Assembly (NCBI GenBank): GCA_046290495.1
Contig: JBKAGT010000005.1
Coordinates: forward strand, 257,550 to 321,549
DNA length: 64,000 nucleotides
From: Chlorobiota bacterium
Lineage (GTDB): Bacteria > Bacteroidota > Ignavibacteria > Kapaibacteriales > UBA2268
Direction of reading: 5' to 3'
Of this stretch, positions 39,414 through 49,079 are shown piece after piece (position 1 is the first letter of the stretch; each line of letters begins with the position of its first letter). The notes below the pieces were generated by a model, which worked only from the letters and a program-made list of their open reading frames with translations, searched no databases and was not told the origin of the DNA. A program made the position numbers and the translations under genes.

Positions 39414-40259
39414 ATGAATTCTATAAAAGAACAAATAGAAAATTTTGATGACTTCCCCACTCTGCCAACAGTTTATTACAAATTAGTAGATGCACTTTCT
39501 GACAACACAACAACAATAAGGAAAATCTCTGAGATAATATCTACGGATATCGCTCTCAGCTTTAAACTTTTAAAAATCGTAAATTCAAGTATTTATGGGT
39601 TAAGTACAAAAGTAAAAACTGTAGAGAAAGCAATATTTCATATGGGATTCAGAGAATTAAAGAATATTATTCTTACTTCTACTGTTATAGATGTCTTTTC
39701 AGATTTAAAAAGTAGTTCAAGTTTGGATCTCGTAGCATTTTGGAAACACTCTATTGCAGTTGGAGTTGTATCAAGAGCATTAGCTAATTTGCATGGCAAA
39801 AAGAATTTAGATGAATATTTGTTAGCTGGTATTTCACACGACATAGGAAAGTTAGTATTATATAAAATCTTAGGTAATCAATATGAAGCAGCATTTATAT
39901 TTGCTAAAAGAAATAATATTGATTTAGCAGATGCTGAAAGCAAAGTATTCGGTATTAACCATTTAGAGATTGGGTATAAAATCGCTAAAGACTGGAATTT
40001 GGATGATAATATAGCTAACTCAATTAAATTTCATAGAAAAGGATTAATTAATTCAAAATTAAGCCATATAGTTTCGACAATACATGTTGCCAATATCCTT
40101 ACAAAAGGTTTTGAATGGGGTAAATCTGGAAATGATATAATTGATAAACCGAATAATAAAATTTGGTTAAAATATTCTCTTAAAGAAATTAAAATCAAAG
40201 ACTTTTACAATGAAGTTAAGGAAGATTACTATCAAGCATGTGAAATTTTAATTGTATAA
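39414..40259 (+). CDS. HDOD (HD-related output domain) signalling protein
   Basis: HD motif in AGISHDIGKLVLY. The upstream pattern (LPTLPTVYYKLVDAL...LKIVNSSIYGL) is typical of HDOD. Confidence 0.7.
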   Translation: MNSIKEQIENFDDFPTLPTVYYKLVDALSDNTTTIRKISEIISTDIALSFKLLKIVNSSIYGLSTKVKTVEKAIFHMGFRELKNIILTSTVIDVFSDLKSSSSLDLVAFWKHSIAVGVVSRALANLHGKKNLDEYLLAGISHDIGKLVLYKILGNQYEAAFIFAKRNNIDLADAESKVFGINHLEIGYKIAKDWNLDDNIANSIKFHRKGLINSKLSHIVSTIHVANILTKGFEWGKSGNDIIDKPNNKIWLKYSLKEIKIKDFYNEVKEDYYQACEILIV

Positions 40260-40265
40260 TACCCT

Positions 40266-41507
40266 ATGAATAATTTAGAAATATTTAAAGACTTTAATAA
40301 CAAAATGATAGATAATCTATCAGTTAATGAGATATTAATTCATTCACTTGAAATATTTAGTCAACTAATTAATACTGACTTTATAGCAATATATCTTTTT
40401 AATAAAGAAACTTTTCTTCCTGAATTGCAAGTAATATCTGAAAATAAGCTAAAAAAAGAGTCAGATACTATACTGGAAGAGATAATAGAAGAAGGTATTT
40501 TGAGTGATGTAATGAATTCTAACCACATTATTAAAAGGAATTTACCTAAACATAATTTAATACTAGCACCTTTAGTTTCATTCAAGGGAGCGCATGGTTT
40601 TGTAGTATTTAGAACTATTTCGTCAAAGGAAATTGAAGACAATAATACTGAGTACTTACTTGAGAATTTCACTGGTTATTTAGCCTCATGTATAAATTCA
40701 AGGTTTTTAGACTTAGAAAATGAGTCGATTAGGAATCAAATTGATCAAGTTGTTGCTGTTCAAACTAAATCTCTCATGGATAAGAAAAAAGAGATAAATG
40801 AAAAGATTGAAGAATTAAAATCTAGTCTTTTAATGACAATGCCGCATGAAGTAAGAACACCTCTTAACCAGATTTTGGGCTTAACAGATTACTTAATAAA
40901 ATCAGTAAAAGATGTTGATGAAGAGGAATTAACAGAAGTTCTGAATGATGTATATGAGTCTGCAGTAAGATTACGAAGATTATTTGAGAATTATTTATAT
41001 CTTTCAACTCTTAACATCACCGCTTATGATATCGAGAAACTGAATCAATTAAAAAATAGTATTTTACCTTCAGCAGAATCTGTTATTTATGAGTCAGCTA
41101 TGAACTTAGCATTCAAATATGAGAAACAAGAATCTATTGAGCTTAATTTAGTTGATACTGAATTAAACATAACTGAAGAACATTTATCTAAGTTACTTTT
41201 CGAAATTATTGATAATGCATTTAAGTTTGGTGACGAAAATACAAAAGTCAACATTTCTTCTGAATTATCTAATAATAACTATATAATTAAAATTCTGGAT
41301 AATGGTATTGGGATACCTATAGAAAGAATTTATATGCTAGATGCTTACATACAATTTGATAGATTATCTAATGAACAACAAGGGTCTGGTTTAGGTCTTG
41401 CTATAGCCAAAAGAATTGCTATTATTTACGACGGTGATATACAATTTAAAAGTAAACCTAATGATTTTACTGAAGTTACAATCACTCTACCAGTGGCTAG
41501 TAATTAG
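40266..41507 (+). CDS. Sensor histidine kinase with an N-terminal GAF-like domain (no TM segment seen)
   Basis: HisKA H-box MTMPHEVRTPLNQILG. HATPase_c motifs DNAFKFGDEN and GSGLGLAIAKRIA. Confidence 0.75.
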   Translation: MNNLEIFKDFNNKMIDNLSVNEILIHSLEIFSQLINTDFIAIYLFNKETFLPELQVISENKLKKESDTILEEIIEEGILSDVMNSNHIIKRNLPKHNLILAPLVSFKGAHGFVVFRTISSKEIEDNNTEYLLENFTGYLASCINSRFLDLENESIRNQIDQVVAVQTKSLMDKKKEINEKIEELKSSLLMTMPHEVRTPLNQILGLTDYLIKSVKDVDEEELTEVLNDVYESAVRLRRLFENYLYLSTLNITAYDIEKLNQLKNSILPSAESVIYESAMNLAFKYEKQESIELNLVDTELNITEEHLSKLLFEIIDNAFKFGDENTKVNISSELSNNNYIIKILDNGIGIPIERIYMLDAYIQFDRLSNEQQGSGLGLAIAKRIAIIYDGDIQFKSKPNDFTEVTITLPVASN

Positions 41508-42055
41508 TTTTTATAAATTGTAATTGATTTAATATCACTGATCCATCTGTCAGTTTTTAAATCAAATGGAAATATAATGCTTGCTGGTTTAAAATACTTA
41601 CTTATCATTGCCTTATTGAGGTTTTGAGTATTTAACTGATATGTTACGTCTAATACAGAATTAAGCTCGGTTTCTAATAATTGGTTATCCTCTAATTTCA
41701 ATAGTTCATCTTCCCCTATTACTAATGTATCACCAAGTGACGATACTTTTTTATCAGCTATCAACAAGAGTGGATTGTGATTATTTAACTTTGACAAATC
41801 ATAACTACTCAATATTTTTGTATTGCCATTTTGATAAGTTATAACTGCAAAACAACTCTCGCATAGATCTATCAAATCATCAATTTCGATAGCATGGTTT
41901 GTACTGATTTTTGAATTATTATATCTAAAGTTAATACGTAACTGATCTTTATTTGTAAAATTCGAACTATTTAAATCAATTGTTTTCACTTTTTCAAATG
42001 ATAAAGCTGTAACAACCATCATAAATACAGATATTATCAATAAAGTATTTTTCAT
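41504..42055 (-). CDS. Hypothetical secreted protein
   Basis: Signal peptide MKNTLLIISVFMMVVTALSF. No recognisable motif. Convergent with the histidine kinase gene and overlaps it by 4 nt. Confidence 0.4.
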   Translation of the reverse strand: MKNTLLIISVFMMVVTALSFEKVKTIDLNSSNFTNKDQLRINFRYNNSKISTNHAIEIDDLIDLCESCFAVITYQNGNTKILSSYDLSKLNNHNPLLLIADKKVSSLGDTLVIGEDELLKLEDNQLLETELNSVLDVTYQLNTQNLNKAMISKYFKPASIIFPFDLKTDRWISDIKSITIYKN

Positions 42056-42140
42056 GTCATTTTCCCACTAGTCTTTGAGTTCATTAAGTAAAATAGTAAT
42101 TTATTTTTTAATATTTTACAATATACAAATATTCTATAAT

Positions 42141-43346
42141 ATGGATATAACTACAATAATATTAGCTGCAGGCAAAGGAACTAGGATGAATGTTCCTGAT
42201 TTACCTAAAGTATTAGTAACACTCAACGGCAAGCCAATGCTAGAGTATGTTCTTGAGACTGTTGAGAAAATAGATTCTAAAAAAACTGTTCTAGTTGTAG
42301 GCTACATGAAAGAAAAGATAGAAGATTATATAAAATCCAATACTTTTTCAAACATTGAAACAACAATACAAGAAGAACAGTTAGGAACAGGACACGCAGT
42401 TCAACAAGCTGAAGAACAATTAAAAAATTCTAATTCTCAAGTACTAATATTATGTGGTGATGTTCCTCTGTTAAGTGAGTTTACCATTCGAAAATTCATA
42501 AAGACTCATTTTGAATCAAACTCAACCCTTTCAGTTTTGTCTGCTATTACTGATAATCCAACTGGGTATGGCAGAATAATAAGAGATTCTAATGATGAAT
42601 TTAGAAAAATTGTAGAAGAAAAAGATTGTACTGACACTGAAAAGTTGGTGAAAGAAATAAATAGTGGCACTTATATCGTTGACTCAAATGAATTGTTTAC
42701 TGCTTTAAAAGAAGTAAATACTGATAATGCTCAAGGAGAATTCTATTTAACTGACATAGTAGAAATAATTCAAAATAGAAATAAAAAAGTAATTGCATTT
42801 CCCACTAACAATATTAATGAAATTCAAGGTATCAATTCATTAGAATCATTGGAAACAATTGAGAGTAAATTAAAGTCTAGACCATTTAATATATTAGGTG
42901 TTCAACAATTAGCAATTGGTGGCGAAAATAAGGAACAACATTCTAAATTATGGTCTGAACTGTTTGGTATAAAAAAAATTGGCGAATACAAGTGTGAAAG
43001 TGAGAATGTAAATGAAGATATTTATGAACTTGGTTCAGGTTTAGGAAAAGTTGAAATTGATATTATGGAACCCTTGGATATAGATAAAAAACCTGCTGTC
43101 CATAGCCCAAAATTGAATCACTTCGGTCTTTGGGTAGATGATTTGGATTCAGCTTTCAAATATCTTTCTGAAAATGGAGTTAGATTTACACCTGGAGGCA
43201 TTAGAAAAGGTGCTTCAGGCCATGATGTTTGCTTTATTCACCCCAAAGGGAATGAAGAGTTTCCTGTTTCAGCAGAAGGAGTATTAATCGAGTTAGTTCA
43301 AGCACCTCAAGCAATAATTTCACAATTTAAAGACATAAAGGAATAA
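42141..43346 (+). CDS. GlmU-type sugar-1-phosphate nucleotidyltransferase domain fused to a C-terminal VOC/glyoxalase-like domain
   Basis: The N-terminal ~270 aa aligns by eye to the GlmU uridyltransferase domain (ILAAGKGTRM, DLPKVL, QEEQLGTGHA, PTGYGRI, NAQGEFYLTDI). The C-terminal ~130 aa has a VOC-like pattern (HFGLWVDDLDSAFKYL...GVRFTPGG...VLIELVQAP). The left-handed beta-helix acetyltransferase domain is absent. The start was moved to 42141. Confidence 0.65.
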   Translation: MDITTIILAAGKGTRMNVPDLPKVLVTLNGKPMLEYVLETVEKIDSKKTVLVVGYMKEKIEDYIKSNTFSNIETTIQEEQLGTGHAVQQAEEQLKNSNSQVLILCGDVPLLSEFTIRKFIKTHFESNSTLSVLSAITDNPTGYGRIIRDSNDEFRKIVEEKDCTDTEKLVKEINSGTYIVDSNELFTALKEVNTDNAQGEFYLTDIVEIIQNRNKKVIAFPTNNINEIQGINSLESLETIESKLKSRPFNILGVQQLAIGGENKEQHSKLWSELFGIKKIGEYKCESENVNEDIYELGSGLGKVEIDIMEPLDIDKKPAVHSPKLNHFGLWVDDLDSAFKYLSENGVRFTPGGIRKGASGHDVCFIHPKGNEEFPVSAEGVLIELVQAPQAIISQFKDIKE

Positions 43347-43351
43347 CTACT

Positions 43352-43966
43352 ATGGCTAAATTAGTATGTATCAGACATGGTCAATCATTATGGAACAAAG
43401 AAAATAAATTTACTGGGTGGGTAGACATAGATTTATCTGAACAAGGTAAAGAAGAAGCAAAAAAAGCTGCAGAATTGCTAAAAGAATATAAATTTGATGT
43501 GGTCTTTACTTCAGTTCTTAAACGCGCAATTAATACTGCGAATATTATATTAGAATATAATAGCAGTAAACCAACTATTGTGAGGGACAAAGCTCTGAAT
43601 GAAAGACACTACGGTGACTTACAAGGCTTGAATAAGGCAGAGATAGGTGAAAAAGTAGGTGCAGAGCAATTGCATATTTGGAGAAGAAGTTATGATGTAG
43701 CTCCTCCAGAAGGAGAATCATTGAAAGATACACAGGATAGAGTTATACCTTATTTTGAAACTGAGATTTTACCAATGATCAAATCAGGTAAAGAAGTTTT
43801 GATATCAGCACACGGCAACTCACTTAGAGCATTAGCAATGCATTTAGAAAATATTTCTAAAGATGATATATCAGATATAAACATTCCTACTGGTCAACCG
43901 TATGTATATGAATTCGATGACTCGTACAATGTTATTTCAAAAAAATATGTAAGCAATAATGACTAA
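43352..43966 (+). CDS. gpmA: 2,3-bisphosphoglycerate-dependent phosphoglycerate mutase family (histidine phosphatase)
   Basis: RHGQSLWN catalytic-His motif. FTGWVDIDLSEQG. The second His lies in SAHGNSLRAL. Short form of 204 aa. Confidence 0.75.
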   Translation: MAKLVCIRHGQSLWNKENKFTGWVDIDLSEQGKEEAKKAAELLKEYKFDVVFTSVLKRAINTANIILEYNSSKPTIVRDKALNERHYGDLQGLNKAEIGEKVGAEQLHIWRRSYDVAPPEGESLKDTQDRVIPYFETEILPMIKSGKEVLISAHGNSLRALAMHLENISKDDISDINIPTGQPYVYEFDDSYNVISKKYVSNND

Positions 43967-45629
43967 ACTTTTTGTATTATTAATAATTACAACCTTTTCG
44001 TTACACTCAAAAACTATATTAGAAATAGCGAGTGAAGAATTAGAGCGAAATTTCAATTCTCTTCAAAATGAAGAACTTCCTCCTTATTATCTATCTTATA
44101 ACATCACAGATGTAGAAAGAATAATTATAAACTCCTCTTTTGGTAACGTGATTGTTAATGATAGCGTAAACCAGAGGATATTAGACATTGATTTGAGAGT
44201 TGGTGATTATGAGTTTGACAATACACACATAATTAGAGGAAGCTCTTTCAATTTTGGTGGTGGTGGTGGTTTGGAATTTCTAGCACTTGATAATAATGAA
44301 AGCGCTATTAAAAATAAAATTTGGTACTCCACAGACAAAGTTTATAAGTCAGCAATAGAGTCTTACGAAAAGGCACGTTCGAATTCAGCTGTTAAGATAG
44401 AAGAAGAAGATAAGTCGGATGATTTTTCTAAAGAAGAACCTGTAAGTTATCAAAGTGAACAAAATCCATTTAGAATTAATAGAAGTGAATGGGTTGAAAA
44501 AACTAATCGATTGTCTAAACTATTTTCAGCATTTCCAAATATTTATGATGGTAGTGTAACCTTTCAACTTGAAAATAAAACAAAATATTTTATCAATTCA
44601 GAAGGTAGTAAACTGAAGTTTAATGAATCTGCTATTAGAATGTTTGTTTATGCAAAAACTAAAGCAGATGACGGTATGAGCTTACCTTTGTACAAATCAT
44701 ATTTTGCTTTTGAATTATCGGATCTGCCTTCAGTGGAAGTAGTAGAAAAGGATATTCTTGAAATGATAAATTTGCTAAAAGAACTAAGAGACGCCCCTTT
44801 AATGGATACATATTCTGGACCCGCTATATTATCTGGAGAAGCTTCAGGTGTATTCTTTCATGAAATATTTGGACATAGAGTTGAAGGACATAGAGAAAAA
44901 GATCCAACTTCGAGCCAAACATTCAAAAAATCTGTTGGCGAACCTATTTTACCTGATTTTATTGATGTCATTTTTGACCCTACAATTAAAAGTAGAAACA
45001 ACATTGATTTATCAGGCTATTACAAATTTGATGACCAAGGAGTAGAAGCTCAAAAAGTAGTTTCTGTTGAAGATGGTATATTTAAAAGTTTCCTAATGTC
45101 ACGTTCACCTATCGAGGGTTTTAGTAACTCAAATGGTCACGGTAGAAAACAAGCAGGATTTAATGCTGTCTCTAGACAGTCGAATCTCATCGTACAAAGT
45201 GACAAATCGGAAGACTTTGATGAGTTAGTAGAAAAATTAAAAGAACTATGTAAAGAGGAAGAAAAGGAGTACGGATTGTTATTTAGTAAAGTACAGGGAG
45301 GTTTTACTTTCACAGGTCGAACTGTTCCCAATGCTTTCAATGTAACTCCTTTAGTTGTTTATAAAATTTATGCTGATGATAGACCAAATGAACTTGTAAG
45401 AGGAGTTGACCTGATTGGTACTCCCCTATCTACATTTAGTAATATTATCACTACTACTAATCAAATTGGGGTCTTTAATGGAGTTTGTGGTGCAGAGTCT
45501 GGCGGAGTTCCTGTTTCAGCCTCATCTCCTGATATCTTAGTTTCAAAAATTGAAGTTCAGAAAAAGAAAAAGTCTCAAGCTAAATTACCATTATTAAATT
45601 CACCTGAAAAAAGTACTACAGGTAACTAA
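43959..45629 (+). CDS. TldD/PmbA-family (peptidase U62) metalloprotease, secreted form
   Basis: Signal peptide MTKLFVLLIITTFSLHS. HExxxH-type motif HEIFGHRVEGH. The C-terminal Gly-rich region matches the TldD family. Confidence 0.7.
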   Translation: MTKLFVLLIITTFSLHSKTILEIASEELERNFNSLQNEELPPYYLSYNITDVERIIINSSFGNVIVNDSVNQRILDIDLRVGDYEFDNTHIIRGSSFNFGGGGGLEFLALDNNESAIKNKIWYSTDKVYKSAIESYEKARSNSAVKIEEEDKSDDFSKEEPVSYQSEQNPFRINRSEWVEKTNRLSKLFSAFPNIYDGSVTFQLENKTKYFINSEGSKLKFNESAIRMFVYAKTKADDGMSLPLYKSYFAFELSDLPSVEVVEKDILEMINLLKELRDAPLMDTYSGPAILSGEASGVFFHEIFGHRVEGHREKDPTSSQTFKKSVGEPILPDFIDVIFDPTIKSRNNIDLSGYYKFDDQGVEAQKVVSVEDGIFKSFLMSRSPIEGFSNSNGHGRKQAGFNAVSRQSNLIVQSDKSEDFDELVEKLKELCKEEEKEYGLLFSKVQGGFTFTGRTVPNAFNVTPLVVYKIYADDRPNELVRGVDLIGTPLSTFSNIITTTNQIGVFNGVCGAESGGVPVSASSPDILVSKIEVQKKKKSQAKLPLLNSPEKSTTGN

Positions 45630-46159
45630 TGGGTACTGATTTATTTAAAGAAGAACAATCTTTTAGACAAAAAATACTATGGGGATTACTTTTAGTTATA
45701 ACCATTGGTTCAATTGCTTTATTTGCAATAACCTATATAAATTCATTTTCTTCAAACAATCACAATGCAAATATCAGCTTAGTTGGTTTAATATTAGTTA
45801 CAATTTTTACGACTTTTTTATTGTGGTTTTTCTATAGAATAAAACTAATAGTTACAATTAATTCTAACTCTATAAATTATTCGTTTTGGCCTTTCATAAG
45901 AGAATTTAAAACTCTCAAATTTGAGAATATTAAATCCATTCAAATTGGCAAATATAAACCTATCAGAGAATATGGTGGTTGGGGATATAGACTATCTCTA
46001 AAAGGTAGAGGTCTTTGTCTAAATGTAAGTGGGAACCAAGGAATGAGAATAAAAATGAACGATGGTTTTGAGTTGCTTCTAGGAACTCAACAGAAAGATG
46101 AACTAATCAAAACTATAAACCAATTAAATCTAAATACTATAAAATATGAATACAATTAA
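45629..46159 (+). CDS. Membrane protein with two TM helices and a C-terminal beta-rich (bacterial-PH-like) domain
   Basis: Two hydrophobic helices (ILWGLLLVITIGSIALFAITYI, ISLVGLILVTIFTTFLLWFFY) followed by a soluble domain. Both its start and its stop overlap the flanking TldD/PmbA-family genes. Confidence 0.45.
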   Translation: MGTDLFKEEQSFRQKILWGLLLVITIGSIALFAITYINSFSSNNHNANISLVGLILVTIFTTFLLWFFYRIKLIVTINSNSINYSFWPFIREFKTLKFENIKSIQIGKYKPIREYGGWGYRLSLKGRGLCLNVSGNQGMRIKMNDGFELLLGTQQKDELIKTINQLNLNTIKYEYN

Positions 46160-47909
46160 ATTATTATTGACATTTTTTATTACTACAAGCGTCTGTTTTA
46201 GTTTTGATGAACCAAATCAAGATATCCTTGAAGCTATGAAAGATGAAATCAGTCGGTCTTTAGATAGCTTGCAAATTGAAGGCTTAGAAAAGCCTTACTT
46301 TATAGAATACAAATATACTGAGTTAGATGCTCACAGTATTAGAGGACAGTTAGGTTCTATTGAAGCTAGTAATAACAATAGAAGTGCGTATTTATCAGTA
46401 AATGTTAGAGTAGGCGATTATAAATTTGACAATTCGAATTTCTTTGACGTTGGTCTTGGCTTTTTTGGAAGTAGTGATGACGAAGAGGGATTTAAGAGAA
46501 GGAAAGTGAGCTACAAGCCAACGTATGACTATCTAAGGAGAGAGTTTTGGCTTGCTACTGATGCAGCCTACAAGCAATCTGCCGAACTGTATTCAAAGAA
46601 ATTAGCTGTCTTAAAAAACAGATTAAGAAACGACACTACACCTGATTTTTCAAAGCCTAGAGAAATAATATCTAGAAAAGAGATTAAAAAAATACCTGAT
46701 TTTGATTATAATTACTTCGAAAAACTTGTAAAAAACACTTCTTCCGTATTTAATGATTATGGAAATATTTTTACTTCTGGTGTAAGTGTAGAATTTATTC
46801 CAAAAAGGGAGTATTATGTTAATTCTGAAGGTACGGAATATATAAAAGATTCATACTATACCGGTTTCGAAATTGTAACTGCGACTCAGAATAATTCAGG
46901 TATGCCGTTGTTTGATCATTATATAACTTATTCGTCTGACCCAAATAATTTACCTTCTTATGATTCTTTGATTTCTGCCAGTAAGAAATTAGCTGAAAAT
47001 ATTAACAAAAAACTTAAAAAAGATCAACTTGATGATTTTTATGTAGGACCTATAATCTTTAACAAACAAGCTGCTGCTGAACTTTTCATACAATCTTTTT
47101 TACCTAAATTAATAGCACAAAGAGAACCTCTTACAGATGGTGGATTTAGTTCAGATAATGAAGATGCGGTTTTTCAAAGAAAGATTGGAGGAAGAGTATT
47201 ACCAAAGTATATGAGTATTATTGACAAACCTGCATTAGAAAGATATGATAATACAGACCTAATTGGTCATTACAAAATTGATGATGATGGTAATATATCC
47301 GAAGAAGCAACTTTGGTCAAAAATGGGTACTTAGAAACTCTTTTGACTGATAGAACTCCGACTAAAAAGATTCCAAACTCAAATGGACACAAAAGAGGCG
47401 GTTCAGTTATGTATAGTAATATTGTTGTAAACAACGATTCAACAGAACTCAACCTTAATCAATCAGATTTAGAGAATGAACTAATTAAATCTATTGAAAG
47501 AAGAGAGTTAGAATATGGAATTGTAATCGAAAAATTATTAAATCAAAACATTAGATATACTTCATTATACAGAATTACAAATGGAAATATTGAAATACCT
47601 TTTGGTAAGAAAAACTATGTAATGGAAGGTTATAAGCTTTATAAAGATGGAACAAAAGAAGCTTTTAGTGGTATGGTAGTACCCTCTTTTAATGTTTTAC
47701 TTTTTAAAGATATTTTATTTACCAGCAAAGATAAATTTGTGTACAATTTCCTTGCAAACGCTGTACAATCCCCTTATATAACTGGAGGTGACAGATACGT
47801 ACCTTCAAGTATAATTGTACCGAATCTAATGTTTGAAGATGGAGAATTACATATTATTGAGGATGATTTCAAAAAACCTCCTTATATTAACTCAAGTTTA
47901 GTAAACTAA
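46146..47909 (+). CDS. TldD/PmbA-family protein (PmbA/TldE-like partner), secreted form
   Basis: Signal peptide MNTIKLLLTFFITTSVCFS. Collinear with the upstream TldD-like protein (both share an N-terminal L..L...Y/F.....Y block). It lacks a clear HExxxH motif. Confidence 0.6.
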   Translation: MNTIKLLLTFFITTSVCFSFDEPNQDILEAMKDEISRSLDSLQIEGLEKPYFIEYKYTELDAHSIRGQLGSIEASNNNRSAYLSVNVRVGDYKFDNSNFFDVGLGFFGSSDDEEGFKRRKVSYKPTYDYLRREFWLATDAAYKQSAELYSKKLAVLKNRLRNDTTPDFSKPREIISRKEIKKIPDFDYNYFEKLVKNTSSVFNDYGNIFTSGVSVEFIPKREYYVNSEGTEYIKDSYYTGFEIVTATQNNSGMPLFDHYITYSSDPNNLPSYDSLISASKKLAENINKKLKKDQLDDFYVGPIIFNKQAAAELFIQSFLPKLIAQREPLTDGGFSSDNEDAVFQRKIGGRVLPKYMSIIDKPALERYDNTDLIGHYKIDDDGNISEEATLVKNGYLETLLTDRTPTKKIPNSNGHKRGGSVMYSNIVVNNDSTELNLNQSDLENELIKSIERRELEYGIVIEKLLNQNIRYTSLYRITNGNIEIPFGKKNYVMEGYKLYKDGTKEAFSGMVVPSFNVLLFKDILFTSKDKFVYNFLANAVQSPYITGGDRYVPSSIIVPNLMFEDGELHIIEDDFKKPPYINSSLVN

Positions 47910-47923
47910 ATAAATACTACAAA

Positions 47924-49075
47924 ATGATAATTAGAGAAAATGAAAGCTTAGAAGTTTTAGCAATACTTCTTAAATACAAATGGATTATAATTGCAGTAAC
48001 ATTTTTGTTCACTGTTGGTTCCATTTTTTACGCTTATAATGTTGATGTGCAATACAAATCAACGATAAATGTAGTACCTCCAAGTAATTCACCTGATGGC
48101 ATGTTAGGTGGTGCTTTGTCGGGAATAACTTCAAAACTAAAAGACTTTGGAATAACAAAAGTTGCTGGAGGAGCTGGTGGAGGCCAAAGTTATGATTTGT
48201 CTGTATTGATGGAAAGTAGATCTGTACTTGATTCAATGATTAATAAATTTAGCCTTATTGAAATTTACGAAGCGAAAGATAATAGTAGAGAAATAACTAG
48301 AAAAATTCTCAGAGAAAATATTGAAATCGTTAATTATAAGGAAGGTAATATTGAATTTTCTGTTTGGGCTGAAAATCCTGAATTAGCTGCTGATATGGCT
48401 AATGAATTTGTTAGAATAGTAAATAACAAAGCCCGACAAATGAATAAGCAAGAGACTGAATCCAATCTAAAATACTTAGAAAGCAGAATTGCAAGAACTG
48501 ATTCTATTTTAACTGTTGTTGGAGATTCTTTAGCTTTCTATTCTAAAAAATATCAGATATTTTCACCAGAAGATCAAGCTGCCGTATATAGTGAAGCTAT
48601 TGCAGAGCTAAATGCGAATCTAATGAAAGCAGAAACTGAATACGAAATCACAAAAAACAAACTTGGTGAGCAAGATCCTTACACCCAAATGCTTAAAGAT
48701 TATGTTGATCAAGCAAAGAAAAAACTCCAAGAATCGAAGACGAAACCTGGTTTGATTGGAAACTTTTCACTTGATAATGTAAGTAAGGTCGGTATGGAAT
48801 ATATGAATCTTTATTCTGAATATGAGGCACATTCTAGAATGAAATTATTTTTATTGCCGACATTAGAAAAATCTAAACTTGATTTAAACAGTAAGAATAA
48901 TTTTCTTTATATAGTTGATAAGGCAATCCCTGCTGAAAATAAAGACAGACCAAGAAGATCATATATAGTATTAGGAACATTTGCGGGGTCATTTATACTT
49001 TCTATTATTCTAATACTTATAATCAGTGGCTTTAAATCAATAAGCGAAAGATTAAATCTTATAAAAAATAGCTGA
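47924..49075 (+). CDS. Polysaccharide chain-length determinant (Wzz/PCP-family) protein
   Basis: An N-terminal TM (KWIIIAVTFLFTVGSIFYAY), a long coiled-coil periplasmic region, and a C-terminal TM (YIVLGTFAGSFILSIILILIISG) give the typical PCP topology. Confidence 0.55.
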   Translation: MIIRENESLEVLAILLKYKWIIIAVTFLFTVGSIFYAYNVDVQYKSTINVVPPSNSPDGMLGGALSGITSKLKDFGITKVAGGAGGGQSYDLSVLMESRSVLDSMINKFSLIEIYEAKDNSREITRKILRENIEIVNYKEGNIEFSVWAENPELAADMANEFVRIVNNKARQMNKQETESNLKYLESRIARTDSILTVVGDSLAFYSKKYQIFSPEDQAAVYSEAIAELNANLMKAETEYEITKNKLGEQDPYTQMLKDYVDQAKKKLQESKTKPGLIGNFSLDNVSKVGMEYMNLYSEYEAHSRMKLFLLPTLEKSKLDLNSKNNFLYIVDKAIPAENKDRPRRSYIVLGTFAGSFILSIILILIISGFKSISERLNLIKNS

Positions 49076-49079
49076 TATT

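Noticed and set aside
42075-42140. 22-aa N-terminal extension (MSSLSKIVIYFLIFYNIQIFYN) on the GlmU-like gene
   Set aside because: An extremely AT-rich, Ile/Tyr/Phe/Asn-rich translation typical of promoter DNA. The GlmU homology begins right after the internal ATG at 42141.
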